Below, one piece after another: positions 1 through 9,598 of a stretch of DNA of 64,000 nt (its first letter is position 1; every line of letters begins with the position of its first letter). The stretch covers positions 736 to 64,735 of the forward strand of contig CAZUXE010000007.1 in assembly GCA_964624585.1 (NCBI GenBank), given 5' to 3'. This DNA is from an uncultured bacterium (GTDB taxonomy: Bacteria > Hydrothermota > Tepidihabitantia > B3-TA06). The position numbers and the translations under genes are program-made. The notes beneath the pieces were generated by a model. It was not told where the DNA came from and did not search any database. It saw only the letters and a list, made by a program, of their open reading frames with translations.

Positions 1-7
1 CTCTCCG

Positions 8-367
8 ATGGGAGAAGAAGTGAAGACGTTAATTAAGCGTATTGAAGGAATACCCTTCGTCAATTTATCGGGAACGCTGCAAGAGGATGATTTAGAAGAG
101 GTTGTCTCTCTGTTCGAAGGACTTCTAAGCGCAAACGAATTAAATGTTGTTGTAAATCTTTCCGCTTGCGAACATATACACACCATAATAATACCCGAAC
201 TTCTCCAGTTCAAGAATAGGTTTAATGCCCACGGCGGCGATATCAAATTAATAAATGTCTCAGACTACGTAAATTCGCTCTTCAGCCTGTACGGATTCCA
301 TCCTTTTGACATTTACCCTTCCCGACAGGCAGTTTTGAAGAGCATATCTCGATTAACCACTAAGTAA
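8..367 (+). CDS. STAS-domain protein (anti-sigma-factor antagonist-like), 119 aa, at the position normally held by mraZ
   Basis: ORF translation has SpoIIAA/STAS-like layout (GIPFVNLSG...VVNLSACEHIHTIIIPEL...GGDIKLINVS). No MraZ-like motifs. ATG is 7 nt from the window edge, so the upstream region is not visible. Confidence 0.5.
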   Translation: MGEEVKTLIKRIEGIPFVNLSGTLQEDDLEEVVSLFEGLLSANELNVVVNLSACEHIHTIIIPELLQFKNRFNAHGGDIKLINVSDYVNSLFSLYGFHPFDIYPSRQAVLKSISRLTTK

Positions 368-386
368 CGAGTAAACATGAGAGAGA

Positions 387-1274
387 GTGTACGTGAAAGA
401 AGAGTTTGGTTTTCACAAATCAGTGATGTGCGAGGAAATTGTGGCAGCGATTGCACCTTCACCTGCCGGCGTTTATGTTGACGCCACGCTAGGTGGAGGG
501 GGGCACTCCGCAGCTTTGCTTAATGCGGGTGCTGGCCGGATAATAGCACTGGACATGGATGGGGAAGCCCTCGCCTATGTAGGCCGTGAATTGGCGTGCT
601 TCGCCGAGCGGCTTTCCCTCCATTTTTTAAATTTTAGCTCCCTTAGCGACGTATTGCAAAAAGAAAATATTGAAGAAATACAGGGGGCTGTTTTTGACTT
701 GGGGCTTTCGTGGCATCAGGTACGCAGCGAAAGCCGTGGCTTTAGTTATCAGGGTGAGGGACCTTTGGATATGCGTTTTAATCCTGAAGGCAACGGTAGA
801 ACCGCCTTAGAAATCATTCGTTCCGAGCCGCAGGAGGCTATTGAACGCATTCTAAGGGATTACGGTGAAGAGCCACGGGCGCGTCGAATATCGGAAGAGA
901 TTTGCAGGTACAGGAAGAACATCCAAACAACTAAAGACTTATCTAATCTGTTGAGAAAAATGGTTGGTCAAAAAGAATTTCGAAAAACTGCATCGCGAGT
1001 GTATCAGGCTCTTAGAATCGCGGTAAATGAAGAGCTTGTAAACCTAAATAAAGGTCTTACTGCAGCTATTGAACACCTTGCTAAAAACGGACGTATTGCG
1101 GTGCTTTCATATCACTCCTTGGAAGATAGAATTGTAAAAAACTGCTTTAGGGATAAAACCAAGGAAGGCGGTTTTCGTAAAGTTAATAAGAAACCCATAA
1201 CGGCATCATTAGAAGAACTTAAGTCAAACCCTGCGGCTAGAAGCGCTAAGTTGCGAATATTGGAGCGGTTGTGA
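387..1274 (+). CDS. rsmH: 16S rRNA (cytosine1402-N4)-methyltransferase RsmH/MraW
   Basis: 295 aa. N-terminal SAM motif DATLGGGGHS, conserved GFSYQ..GPLDMRF block. GTG start at 387. Located at the head of the dcw cluster. Confidence 0.85.
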   Translation: MYVKEEFGFHKSVMCEEIVAAIAPSPAGVYVDATLGGGGHSAALLNAGAGRIIALDMDGEALAYVGRELACFAERLSLHFLNFSSLSDVLQKENIEEIQGAVFDLGLSWHQVRSESRGFSYQGEGPLDMRFNPEGNGRTALEIIRSEPQEAIERILRDYGEEPRARRISEEICRYRKNIQTTKDLSNLLRKMVGQKEFRKTASRVYQALRIAVNEELVNLNKGLTAAIEHLAKNGRIAVLSYHSLEDRIVKNCFRDKTKEGGFRKVNKKPITASLEELKSNPAARSAKLRILERL

Positions 1275-1543
1275 GGAAAATCCTACTGGTTCTGTTAACA
1301 GTTTTACTGATGTTAGGCTATGTTTGGATGCGCTCAATTAGTAATAAATTGACTGAAAAAGTAGCTAACCTGCAGGAAAAAACCGAAATTCTTGATGGAA
1401 AACTGGAAAGAGACAAAATAGCGCTAAGTAAAAAATTACTAGTTTCTTCTCTTGAACCAAAAGCACGAAGATTAGGGCTTTTCTATCCTTGGGAAACAGA
1501 TTACGCCTTAAAACATAATCTTAGGGAAAGCGATGGCAACTGA
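1271..1543 (+). CDS. ftsL: FtsL-like cell division protein (small bitopic membrane protein with coiled coil)
   Basis: 90 aa with one N-terminal TM helix followed by a coiled-coil region. Sits between rsmH and ftsI, with 4-nt overlap with rsmH and 11-nt overlap with ftsI. Confidence 0.55.
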   Translation: MRKILLVLLTVLLMLGYVWMRSISNKLTEKVANLQEKTEILDGKLERDKIALSKKLLVSSLEPKARRLGLFYPWETDYALKHNLRESDGN

Positions 1544-3278
1544 AGCTAACAGTAAAGGCAGAATTAAATTTGCCGGATGGGTATTAGGCATGCTCGCTTT
1601 TGCAGTCGTCGGCTACGCATTTTATTTGCAGATTATCCTTGGTCCCAAATATGCAAAGCAAGCGCGTTCGCAACATGAAGAGCATATTGAGCTACTTCCT
1701 CAGCGCGGTAAGATTTACGACCGCAACGGCGTTCCTCTAGTAACTGACGAAATGGCGGCTTCTATATATATACTTCCCCAATATGTAAAAGAAATTCCTA
1801 AAGCTGTAGAAATTCTTGCATCCTACAATTTAGGAACACCCACAAGGTTGGAACGTTATATTCGTAGCCGTGACCATTTCTTCTGGCTCAGGCGCAAATA
1901 TGACTTTGAAAAAGCTTTAGCATTGAAGAAAGAGCTTGAACAAGCTCGATTAACTAATGCAATTAATATAGAAGAAGAGGCCCGTAGAATTTACCCGTGG
2001 GGTGAAATAACCGGCAGTGTGGTTGGTTTTGTTGGAACTGAACATAAAGGTCTTTCCGGCATAGAATATTCTCTTGACAGTATGCTTGCCGGCCAAGCTG
2101 GTTCAGCAATATATCTTAAGGATGCCCTGGGGCGCGATCACCCCTCCCCTGCCTATCCAATTATAGACGCCCGTGACGGATGTAACGTAACCTTGACTAT
2201 CGATTTAGATATTCAAGCAATAGCTTTTGAGGAATTGAAAAACGCCTGTGTTAAATTTCAAGCAAAACGTGGCTACTGCATTGTGATGAATCCACAGAGT
2301 GGGGAAATTCTGGCCCTGGTCGATTATCCTGATTTTGACCCTGCCCACTACACCAAATACCCAAAAGAGACATGGAAAGTAGGCTCTGTTTCCGACGAAT
2401 TTGAGCCCGGGTCAGTATACAAACCTATTGTAGCGGCTATCTGCTTAGAAGATAGTCTGGCAAGCAGAGACGAGTGGATTCCTACAGGTTCTGGCATCTT
2501 AGTTCAGGGAAGAAGGATAACTGATATTCACGGAAAATCCGGCTTTACATTCGACGACGTATTTGTTAAATCCAGTAACATCGGAGTTTCAAAACTTGCC
2601 TTAAGGTGTGGTGTGCGGAGGTTTACAGAAGTTTCAAAACTTCTGGGTGTTGGTGAACAAACCGGTATTGACCTTCCAGGTGAAGGAGAAGGAAAGATTG
2701 ATAAAGCTCGCAGCATGACAGAGTTAAGATTAACAAATAATTCTTTTGGTCAAGGCTTATCTGTTACAACGCTACAGCTTGCTTGCATTTACGCAACATT
2801 TGCATCGGGTGGAGTCTATAACGCTCCTAGGATGGTAGATAAAATTGAAAAAAATGGACGAATTATTTATGAAAGCAGGGTCAAGGAATTAAGAAGGGTT
2901 TTCAGCGAAGAGACTTGTCAAGAAGTCTGTCAAATTTTACAAAAAGTGGTTGAGCAAGGAACAGGCAAGAATGCTCGAGTTGAAGGTATAGAAGTTTGCG
3001 GCAAAACAGGTACCGCCCAAAAATCACTTCCCGACGTCGGATATTCTTCGTCTTTAAGCACCGTGTCGTTCGCAGGATTCCTACCTCGCGAAGACGCTCA
3101 GCTTCTGGCAATTGTAGTTGTGGATGAACCTGGCCTTGGCAGGTTCGCTGGAGAAATTGCAGCTCCTGCCTTCCAACGAATTATGGAAAGGACACTAAGA
3201 CTTCCTCAATACAGAAAAATTAGAATGAAATACCTTGAAGAGCAAGTGGCTTTGGAAACAACAGGGGAAATCAAATGA
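1533..3278 (+). CDS. ftsI: Peptidoglycan D,D-transpeptidase FtsI (PBP3-like class B PBP)
   Basis: 581 aa. N-terminal TM, PBP dimerisation region, transpeptidase motifs SxxK (SVYK context), SSN (KSSNIGVSK) and KTGT (CGKTGTAQ). Confidence 0.85.
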   Translation: MATEANSKGRIKFAGWVLGMLAFAVVGYAFYLQIILGPKYAKQARSQHEEHIELLPQRGKIYDRNGVPLVTDEMAASIYILPQYVKEIPKAVEILASYNLGTPTRLERYIRSRDHFFWLRRKYDFEKALALKKELEQARLTNAINIEEEARRIYPWGEITGSVVGFVGTEHKGLSGIEYSLDSMLAGQAGSAIYLKDALGRDHPSPAYPIIDARDGCNVTLTIDLDIQAIAFEELKNACVKFQAKRGYCIVMNPQSGEILALVDYPDFDPAHYTKYPKETWKVGSVSDEFEPGSVYKPIVAAICLEDSLASRDEWIPTGSGILVQGRRITDIHGKSGFTFDDVFVKSSNIGVSKLALRCGVRRFTEVSKLLGVGEQTGIDLPGEGEGKIDKARSMTELRLTNNSFGQGLSVTTLQLACIYATFASGGVYNAPRMVDKIEKNGRIIYESRVKELRRVFSEETCQEVCQILQKVVEQGTGKNARVEGIEVCGKTGTAQKSLPDVGYSSSLSTVSFAGFLPREDAQLLAIVVVDEPGLGRFAGEIAAPAFQRIMERTLRLPQYRKIRMKYLEEQVALETTGEIK

Positions 3279-4726
3279 AACTCTCTGAGCTTATTGCAAG
3301 CATGGAAGCTAGCATAATGAAAGGCCTGGATACTGAGATTACAGGAATAAGCTATGATTCGCGGAAGGTAGAAACTGGAGATTTATATATTGCAATTACG
3401 GGTCTCAAAATGGATGGTCGCCGCTTTATAGCGGACGCCATTGCTGCTGGAGCTGCGGCCATCGCTTGTGAAAAGACCGAAGGAATTACTGTTGATATTC
3501 CGCTTCTACAGGTTCCGGACGCCAGAAAGTTTCTTGCTCAGGCATCTGCAAAACTAACCGGTTATCCTGATAGAGAAATGACAGTAATAGGTGTTACAGG
3601 AACTAACGGGAAAACCACCTTTACCTATTTGATGCAAAGTATTCTAAAAGCAAGCAATAAAAAAACTGGTATTATTGGAACCACCGGTTTTTTTGATGGC
3701 CATAGCTGGCAAACTCTCCCCCACACTACCCCTGAAAGCGCCGATTTGTGGAGGCTCCTGAGGAAATTAAGGGAACTAGGAAATAAAGCCGTTGTTATGG
3801 AAATTTCATCACACGCCATTGCCTTAAAACGAGTCTACGGTTTAGATATTGATATTGCGGTATTCACAAACCTTACTCAAGATCATCTTGATTTTCATAC
3901 TGGTATGGATGAGTATAAGGAAGTAAAATTTAGTCTTTTTTCAACTCTCAAAAATGAAGGAACAGCTGTTATAAATATTGACGATACTGCAGGAATAGAG
4001 TTGCTCTCAAGACATCAAGGAAAAGCTATTTCTTATTCTGCTAAAGGCCATAATGCTAATTTAAGAATCAACTTACAGTCCGCGACATTAAAGGGTTCTA
4101 AGACTATAATTCAATATAAAAACAGCTCTCTTTCGACGTTTGTAAATCTCCCAGGCATACATAATCTTTCAAACGCTGCTGCTGCCGCTGCCGCTGGATT
4201 TGCTTTGGGAATAGAAGGTAGTGCAATTAAACGTGGAATTGAGGAACTTCTCTGCGTTCCAGGTCGAATGGAAGCGGTTCCTAATGACAAAGGCTACTTT
4301 ATTTTCATAGATTATGCTCATACTCCAGACGCACTAAAGCATCTTATTCAATCTGTTAAACTTCTGACTCAAGACAGAGTACTTACTTTATTCGGTTGCG
4401 GGGGCGACAGGGATCACGATAAGCGTCCCAAAATGGGAAAAATAGCTTCAGAGTTATCGGATTACATCTTCGTAACGTCTGACAACCCTCGTACTGAAAC
4501 ACCTGAAAGGATTATTGAAGATATTCTAGCAGGTGTCAAAACGGATGACAAGAAGGTGATAGTTGACAGGCGTGAAGCTATATTTGAAGCGGTCAATTTT
4601 ATGAGAGAAGGAGATGTTCTTCTCGTGGCAGGCAAAGGCCACGAACGCTATCAGATTCTAGGCACTGAGAAAATTCATTTTGACGATAAAGAAGTAGTTA
4701 GGGAGGCTTTAGATGCTCTCCCTTAA
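3275..4726 (+). CDS. murE: UDP-N-acetylmuramoyl-L-alanyl-D-glutamate--2,6-diaminopimelate ligase MurE
   Basis: 483 aa Mur ligase. P-loop GVTGTNGKTT, DNPR motif (SDNPRTE) typical of MurE. 4-nt overlap with ftsI. Confidence 0.85.
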   Translation: MKLSELIASMEASIMKGLDTEITGISYDSRKVETGDLYIAITGLKMDGRRFIADAIAAGAAAIACEKTEGITVDIPLLQVPDARKFLAQASAKLTGYPDREMTVIGVTGTNGKTTFTYLMQSILKASNKKTGIIGTTGFFDGHSWQTLPHTTPESADLWRLLRKLRELGNKAVVMEISSHAIALKRVYGLDIDIAVFTNLTQDHLDFHTGMDEYKEVKFSLFSTLKNEGTAVINIDDTAGIELLSRHQGKAISYSAKGHNANLRINLQSATLKGSKTIIQYKNSSLSTFVNLPGIHNLSNAAAAAAAGFALGIEGSAIKRGIEELLCVPGRMEAVPNDKGYFIFIDYAHTPDALKHLIQSVKLLTQDRVLTLFGCGGDRDHDKRPKMGKIASELSDYIFVTSDNPRTETPERIIEDILAGVKTDDKKVIVDRREAIFEAVNFMREGDVLLVAGKGHERYQILGTEKIHFDDKEVVREALDALP

Positions 4727-6035
4727 ACAAATTATTCAGGCCGTTGATGGAAAAAGTGATATTGAATATCTGGAACTTTCTCCATCAGGCGTATCCACAG
4801 ATACAAGAACAATTGAGCAAGGTGAGTTATTTGTCGCTTTGCTTGGAGAGACCTTTGATGGTCACGACTTTATTGAGGATGCCTTCCGAAAAGGGGCCAT
4901 TGCTGCAATTGTTTCAAAAGACGTGCATCTCCCCCGCGTAATTAAAGTGGCTGACACGCTGAAAGCGTTGGGGGAGGTGGCACGGTTTCATCGGAACACC
5001 TTTAACATTCCGCTCCTTTTAATTTCAGGAACCAACGGCAAAACCACTGTAAAGAATCTAACCTCATCCATACTCTCTGCAAAATATAAAACCTACGCTA
5101 ACCCTGGAAACTTCAACAACCTAATAGGTCTTCCGTTATCCATTCTTGAAATCAACAATACGCATGAATTGGCTGTTCTTGAAGCAGGTATTAGCAAAAA
5201 AGGCGAATTAAGTCGTCTGGCAGAAATTGCCAAGCCAACTTGTGGGCTTTTAACAAATGTAGGCCCCGGTCACCTTGAGAATCTTGTATCTCTTGAAGGA
5301 GTTTTTGAAGCCAAGTGGGAACTTGCACGAAACGTAAAAAATTCAGGCGGTACCATGTACCTTAATGCCGATTATGATGAATTCTTAAGACTCGCTAGAA
5401 AGGAAAATATTAATTACCGCACATTCGGCATACAGGCAAATGCTGAGTTCAAGCCTCTAAATGTACGCTATGGCATTGACGGCACACGCTTTTTTATAAA
5501 AGACCAAGAATTCCACTTACCTCTCTTGGGTGCAGGCAATCTATCAAACGCAATTGGAGCAATTGCTGTCTCTGTTGGAGAATTTGGAACCACCCTTCCT
5601 GAAGCATCGGCAATACTTACCGGCGTGAAACCTGAAAAATGGAGGCTCGAGCATCGCGTTATCGGTAAGGCGCATTTCCTTATTGACTGCTACAATGCAA
5701 ATCCTACATCTATGCGCGAATCCTTAAGCTTACTAACCCTCTTTCCTGAACCACGAATTGCAGTTCTTGGCGCAATGCTTGAATTGGGAGCTGACTCAGA
5801 GTACTACCATAAAACAATACTTGAACTTGCCAAAGATACAGCAGACCTGGTTATTGTTACAGGCCCTTATTCCGAATGTTACCCAAAACAAGAAGGTGTC
5901 CTTTATATAGAAGATAAACACGCCGCTGCAGAAGAGTTACGTAAAAGATTACTTGCTGACACAAGTGTTCTCTTAAAAGGTTCTCGAAGCTGTAAGCTTG
6001 AAGACATAATATCGGAACTGGGTGGAATTATATGA
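4713..6035 (+). CDS. murF: UDP-N-acetylmuramoyl-tripeptide--D-alanyl-D-alanine ligase MurF
   Basis: 440 aa Mur ligase with P-loop SGTNGKTT. Position after murE in the dcw cluster. Confidence 0.8.
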   Translation: MLSLKQIIQAVDGKSDIEYLELSPSGVSTDTRTIEQGELFVALLGETFDGHDFIEDAFRKGAIAAIVSKDVHLPRVIKVADTLKALGEVARFHRNTFNIPLLLISGTNGKTTVKNLTSSILSAKYKTYANPGNFNNLIGLPLSILEINNTHELAVLEAGISKKGELSRLAEIAKPTCGLLTNVGPGHLENLVSLEGVFEAKWELARNVKNSGGTMYLNADYDEFLRLARKENINYRTFGIQANAEFKPLNVRYGIDGTRFFIKDQEFHLPLLGAGNLSNAIGAIAVSVGEFGTTLPEASAILTGVKPEKWRLEHRVIGKAHFLIDCYNANPTSMRESLSLLTLFPEPRIAVLGAMLELGADSEYYHKTILELAKDTADLVIVTGPYSECYPKQEGVLYIEDKHAAAEELRKRLLADTSVLLKGSRSCKLEDIISELGGII

Positions 6036-7120
6036 TTTACCTTCTTGCACTAAAGTTCCAGGAATCTTTCACCGGAGCAAATTTATTCAGATATATAACC
6101 TTCCGAGCAGCAATAGCTGCAGGCTTTGCCATTCTTATTGTTATGATTTTCGGCAGACCAGTAGTGCGAAAAATTAAAAAACTTGCTCTTGGTGAAGAGA
6201 TATATGAGGAACTTCCAAAAGGACACAAGAAAAAAGCGGGAACCCCTTCTATGGGCGGCCTTCTGATAAACTTTGCCATATTAATATCGCTATTTTTATT
6301 CGCAGATATCAGTAATCCTTATGTAATACTCTCAATGGCAATAATTGTCTCCATGGGATTCCTTGGATTTATAGATGATTATATCAAGCTAACAAAACGC
6401 AAAAGAGGGCTTAGCAAAAAATGGAAATTTCTGACACAAGCCATGGTAGCGCTTGGAGTAAGTATATTCCTTTACCTCTTCCCTGAATCAGAGTCTCTTC
6501 GTTGCTGTACTAACGTACTGTTCTTAAAGAATTATATCATACAGCTAGGGATTTTTTACATACTTCTAACCAGTTTTATTATAGTAGGAACAGGAAACGC
6601 CGTGAATTTTGCTGACGGACTTGATGGATTAGCAATCGGTCTAGTAGCAATTGCAGCTGCTGCTTATGCAGTTCTAGCCTACGTGGCAGGCAACGTAAAA
6701 TTATCTTCATATCTTGATGTACTTTATGTTGCAAAAGCCGGTGAAATGACTGTAGTGTGCGCAGTTATGGTTGGCGCAGCTTTAGGATTCTTGTGGTTTA
6801 ACGCAAATCCTGCATCTATATTCATGGGTGACACGGGTTCCTTGCCTTTGGGGGCGCTTATAGGTTTCAGCGCTGTTGTGGTTAAGCAAGAAGTGCTTCT
6901 GGCGATTATCGGAGGAGTGTTCGTACTGGAAATGGTATCCGTCATTCTACAAATTATTTGGTTCAAGGCTAGTAAGGGGAAAAAACGTTTGTTCAAAATG
7001 ACCCCCCTGCATCACCACTTTGAGTTAATGGGCTGGGTTGAATCAAAAATAGTAGTCCGATTCTGGATATGGGGAATTCTCTTTGCCATAGTCGGGCTGG
7101 CTACCCTTAAGGTGAGATAA
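6032..7120 (+). CDS. mraY: Phospho-N-acetylmuramoyl-pentapeptide transferase MraY
   Basis: 362 aa polytopic membrane protein. MraY motifs GLIDDYIKL-like (GFIDDYIKLTKR), NAVNFADGLDGLA, MGDTGSL, HHHFEL. Confidence 0.9.
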   Translation: MIYLLALKFQESFTGANLFRYITFRAAIAAGFAILIVMIFGRPVVRKIKKLALGEEIYEELPKGHKKKAGTPSMGGLLINFAILISLFLFADISNPYVILSMAIIVSMGFLGFIDDYIKLTKRKRGLSKKWKFLTQAMVALGVSIFLYLFPESESLRCCTNVLFLKNYIIQLGIFYILLTSFIIVGTGNAVNFADGLDGLAIGLVAIAAAAYAVLAYVAGNVKLSSYLDVLYVAKAGEMTVVCAVMVGAALGFLWFNANPASIFMGDTGSLPLGALIGFSAVVVKQEVLLAIIGGVFVLEMVSVILQIIWFKASKGKKRLFKMTPLHHHFELMGWVESKIVVRFWIWGILFAIVGLATLKVR

Positions 7121-8448
7121 TGCAAAAAATTGCTTTACTCGGCATGGGAAGGGTTGGAATAAGGCTCCTGGATTACCTTATGGGCAAAAATGTTAAGTTG
7201 TTTATATATGATGCCAATTCAGAGAAATTCGCTCACCGCAGAGTAGCTTTTGCAATAGAATCAGGCAAAGCTGTAAGGGTTACGGACACTAACGATTTAT
7301 TAAATGCTGAACTGATTATAAAAAGCCCGGGGATACCCAACAGGCTTGATTGGATAGAAAAACTTGATAAAGCAGGTATTCCTATAATTGACGAAATTGA
7401 ATACGTATACAGAGAGTTAAACAAACCTTTTACCATTGCAATTACCGGCACCAACGGAAAATCAACAACCACTGCATGGATAGCTCATCTACTTAAAACA
7501 GCAGGCAAAAGGGTTTTCTGCGGAGGCAATCTAGCTCCTGGTAAACCTTTCTCAGACGCATTACAAGATTCTTTATATGATGTATACGTAATTGAGATAT
7601 CTTCGTTTCAGCTTGAACGCTGTCCATCATTCAAACCAAATATAGCTGTTCTTCTTAACATAGCCTCAGACCATCTTAACCGTCACAGCCAAGAAGAATA
7701 TGCAAATCTTAAGTTTTCGCTTTTCAAGAATCATGACCACGAAGATATCGCTGTACTAAATATAGATGATAATAGTATTTTGAAGCGTATTGATACTATC
7801 AAGGGTATTCACATCAACTACTCTCTATACAATGATAACGCTACCACCTACCTTAAGGAAGGCAAACTTTATTATAAAAATGACGCAGTTATTGGTATTG
7901 ACGAATTACCTCTCCCAGGTCTACACAATGCCTCTAACGCATTAGCGGTAATAGCCGTTGCAAGTGAACTTGAGTTATCTCTGGAACAAATTAGACAAGG
8001 TCTGCGGACTTTCAAAGGTCTTAGGCATCGTATGCAGTATTTGGGTAAACTTGAAGGAAGAGAAGTGTATAACAACTCAATGTGCACAAATCCCAAAGCA
8101 TTTTACCACTCTGTACATTCCTTTAAGGAAGCATCGGTAATCATTGCCGGCGGCACGGAAAAAGACCTTCCTCTTGAACCCTTTATTGATGGAATCAAGG
8201 AACGTGCAAAATATTTAATTCTTTTTGGACAAAACGCCAAAAAGCTGGAACAGATTCTTAAAGAACAAGCTTATTTCTCCTCCTGTATCACAGTCGACTC
8301 ATTGAGGGCTGCTATTGACGCGGCCCTCAGGCACTCTTCAAAAGGAGATCGCATACTCTTTAGCCCAGGATTCGCCAGTTTTGGAACCTTTAGAAATTTT
8401 GAGGAACGAGGAAATGAATTCATCAAAGCCTATCGCGAAAACAAATAA
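7120..8448 (+). CDS. murD: UDP-N-acetylmuramoylalanine--D-glutamate ligase MurD
   Basis: 442 aa. Mur ligase P-loop ITGTNGKSTTT. Position between mraY and ftsW. Confidence 0.85.
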   Translation: MQKIALLGMGRVGIRLLDYLMGKNVKLFIYDANSEKFAHRRVAFAIESGKAVRVTDTNDLLNAELIIKSPGIPNRLDWIEKLDKAGIPIIDEIEYVYRELNKPFTIAITGTNGKSTTTAWIAHLLKTAGKRVFCGGNLAPGKPFSDALQDSLYDVYVIEISSFQLERCPSFKPNIAVLLNIASDHLNRHSQEEYANLKFSLFKNHDHEDIAVLNIDDNSILKRIDTIKGIHINYSLYNDNATTYLKEGKLYYKNDAVIGIDELPLPGLHNASNALAVIAVASELELSLEQIRQGLRTFKGLRHRMQYLGKLEGREVYNNSMCTNPKAFYHSVHSFKEASVIIAGGTEKDLPLEPFIDGIKERAKYLILFGQNAKKLEQILKEQAYFSSCITVDSLRAAIDAALRHSSKGDRILFSPGFASFGTFRNFEERGNEFIKAYRENK

Positions 8449-9598
8449 CGATAATAACAAAGCCGATTACGGTTTCCTTACCATCATTACACTGCTGGTA
8501 GGGTTCGGACTGGTAATGGTTTTTTCATCGAGCCTTTACCTAACAAATAACGACCCTCTTTTCTTCTTGAGAAATCAAGCTATCCGAATTGGCGTTGGAG
8601 TAATATTCTTTGTAATAGGACTCAAGGTTCCGTATAAATTCTGGTCAAAAATAGGCGGCATACTAATTGTGGTTGCCATGATTATTTTAACCATCGTTCT
8701 TTTTGCAGGCCGCACAGCTGGCGGAGCAACCAGATGGATAAAGTTTCTTACTTTTTCACTTCAACCTTCTGAATTCGTAAAAATAGCTTTATTGATATAC
8801 CTTTCCGCATTCTTCGCCAAACGTGAAGATATGGAAAGAGACTTCAAGCATTATACACTCCCACCTTTAATTATATCGATACTCGTTCTTTTACTCATTG
8901 TTCTTCAGCCCAACCTAGGAACTGCAACCGTACTCGCTATGCTAATGATGTTTGTAATGTTCATTGCCGCTGTCAGGGTAAGGTATTTGTTGTTACTAGC
9001 TGCTTTAGGAATCGGCGCTTTTATTTTATTCGTGAATATCTTTCCACATGCTCACGCCAGAGTCGCAGGTTTCCTAGGAAATGGACACTATCAAGTTGAG
9101 CAAGCACGGATAGCCCTTGGGTCAGGAGGTTTTTGGGGTACAGGTCTAGGTGGTGGACGTCAAAAGTTTTTATTTCTCCCTCAGCCCCACACCGATTTTA
9201 TCTTTGCAGTAATAGGTGAGGAACTTGGATTTTTAGGAATAGCAGGACTTACTATTCTTTTCTGTCTATTTTTGTATAAAGGGCTTGCCCATGCCAGAAA
9301 TAACGAAAATGCCTTTGCCCGCTATTTAGGTTCGGCGCTGGTAGCCATGATTTTCCTCTACTTTGTCATTCATGCAGGAGTCAGTATGGGAATTCTACCA
9401 ACTACCGGACTTCCTCTTCCATTTATTAGCTTTGGAGGCTCAGCTCTTACATCCAATCTACTGGGTGTCGGGATTCTTTTAAATATAAGTCGTTCCAAGG
9501 AGAACAGTTATGCTAGTGATGCTCGGATGCGGTGGAACCGGCGGCCATATGTACCCAGCGTTAGCGCTAGGCCGGGAATTCACCAATCGCGGATATAA
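8414..9598 (+). CDS. ftsW: Peptidoglycan glycosyltransferase FtsW (SEDS family)
   Basis: Polytopic membrane protein with SEDS conserved blocks (PSEFVKIALLIYLSAFF, LGTATVLA, HTDFIFAVIGEELGF). Start moved to the ATG at 8414, which has a GAGGAA RBS, rather than the ORF-track start at 8315. 3' end overlaps murG by 89 nt. Confidence 0.8.
   Translation: MNSSKPIAKTNNDNNKADYGFLTIITLLVGFGLVMVFSSSLYLTNNDPLFFLRNQAIRIGVGVIFFVIGLKVPYKFWSKIGGILIVVAMIILTIVLFAGRTAGGATRWIKFLTFSLQPSEFVKIALLIYLSAFFAKREDMERDFKHYTLPPLIISILVLLLIVLQPNLGTATVLAMLMMFVMFIAAVRVRYLLLLAALGIGAFILFVNIFPHAHARVAGFLGNGHYQVEQARIALGSGGFWGTGLGGGRQKFLFLPQPHTDFIFAVIGEELGFLGIAGLTILFCLFLYKGLAHARNNENAFARYLGSALVAMIFLYFVIHAGVSMGILPTTGLPLPFISFGGSALTSNLLGVGILLNISRSKENSYASDARMRWNRRPYVPSVSARPGIHQSRI

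Noticed and set aside
8-367. Possible mraZ at the head of the dcw cluster
   Set aside because: Translation lacks the duplicated MraZ SpoVT/AbrB-type motifs and looks like a STAS domain. Called as a STAS protein instead.
8315-8413. Longer FtsW N-terminus starting at 8315
   Set aside because: Would overlap murD by 134 nt and encode a non-membrane leader. The ATG at 8414 has a GAGGAA RBS and starts right before the first TM helix.
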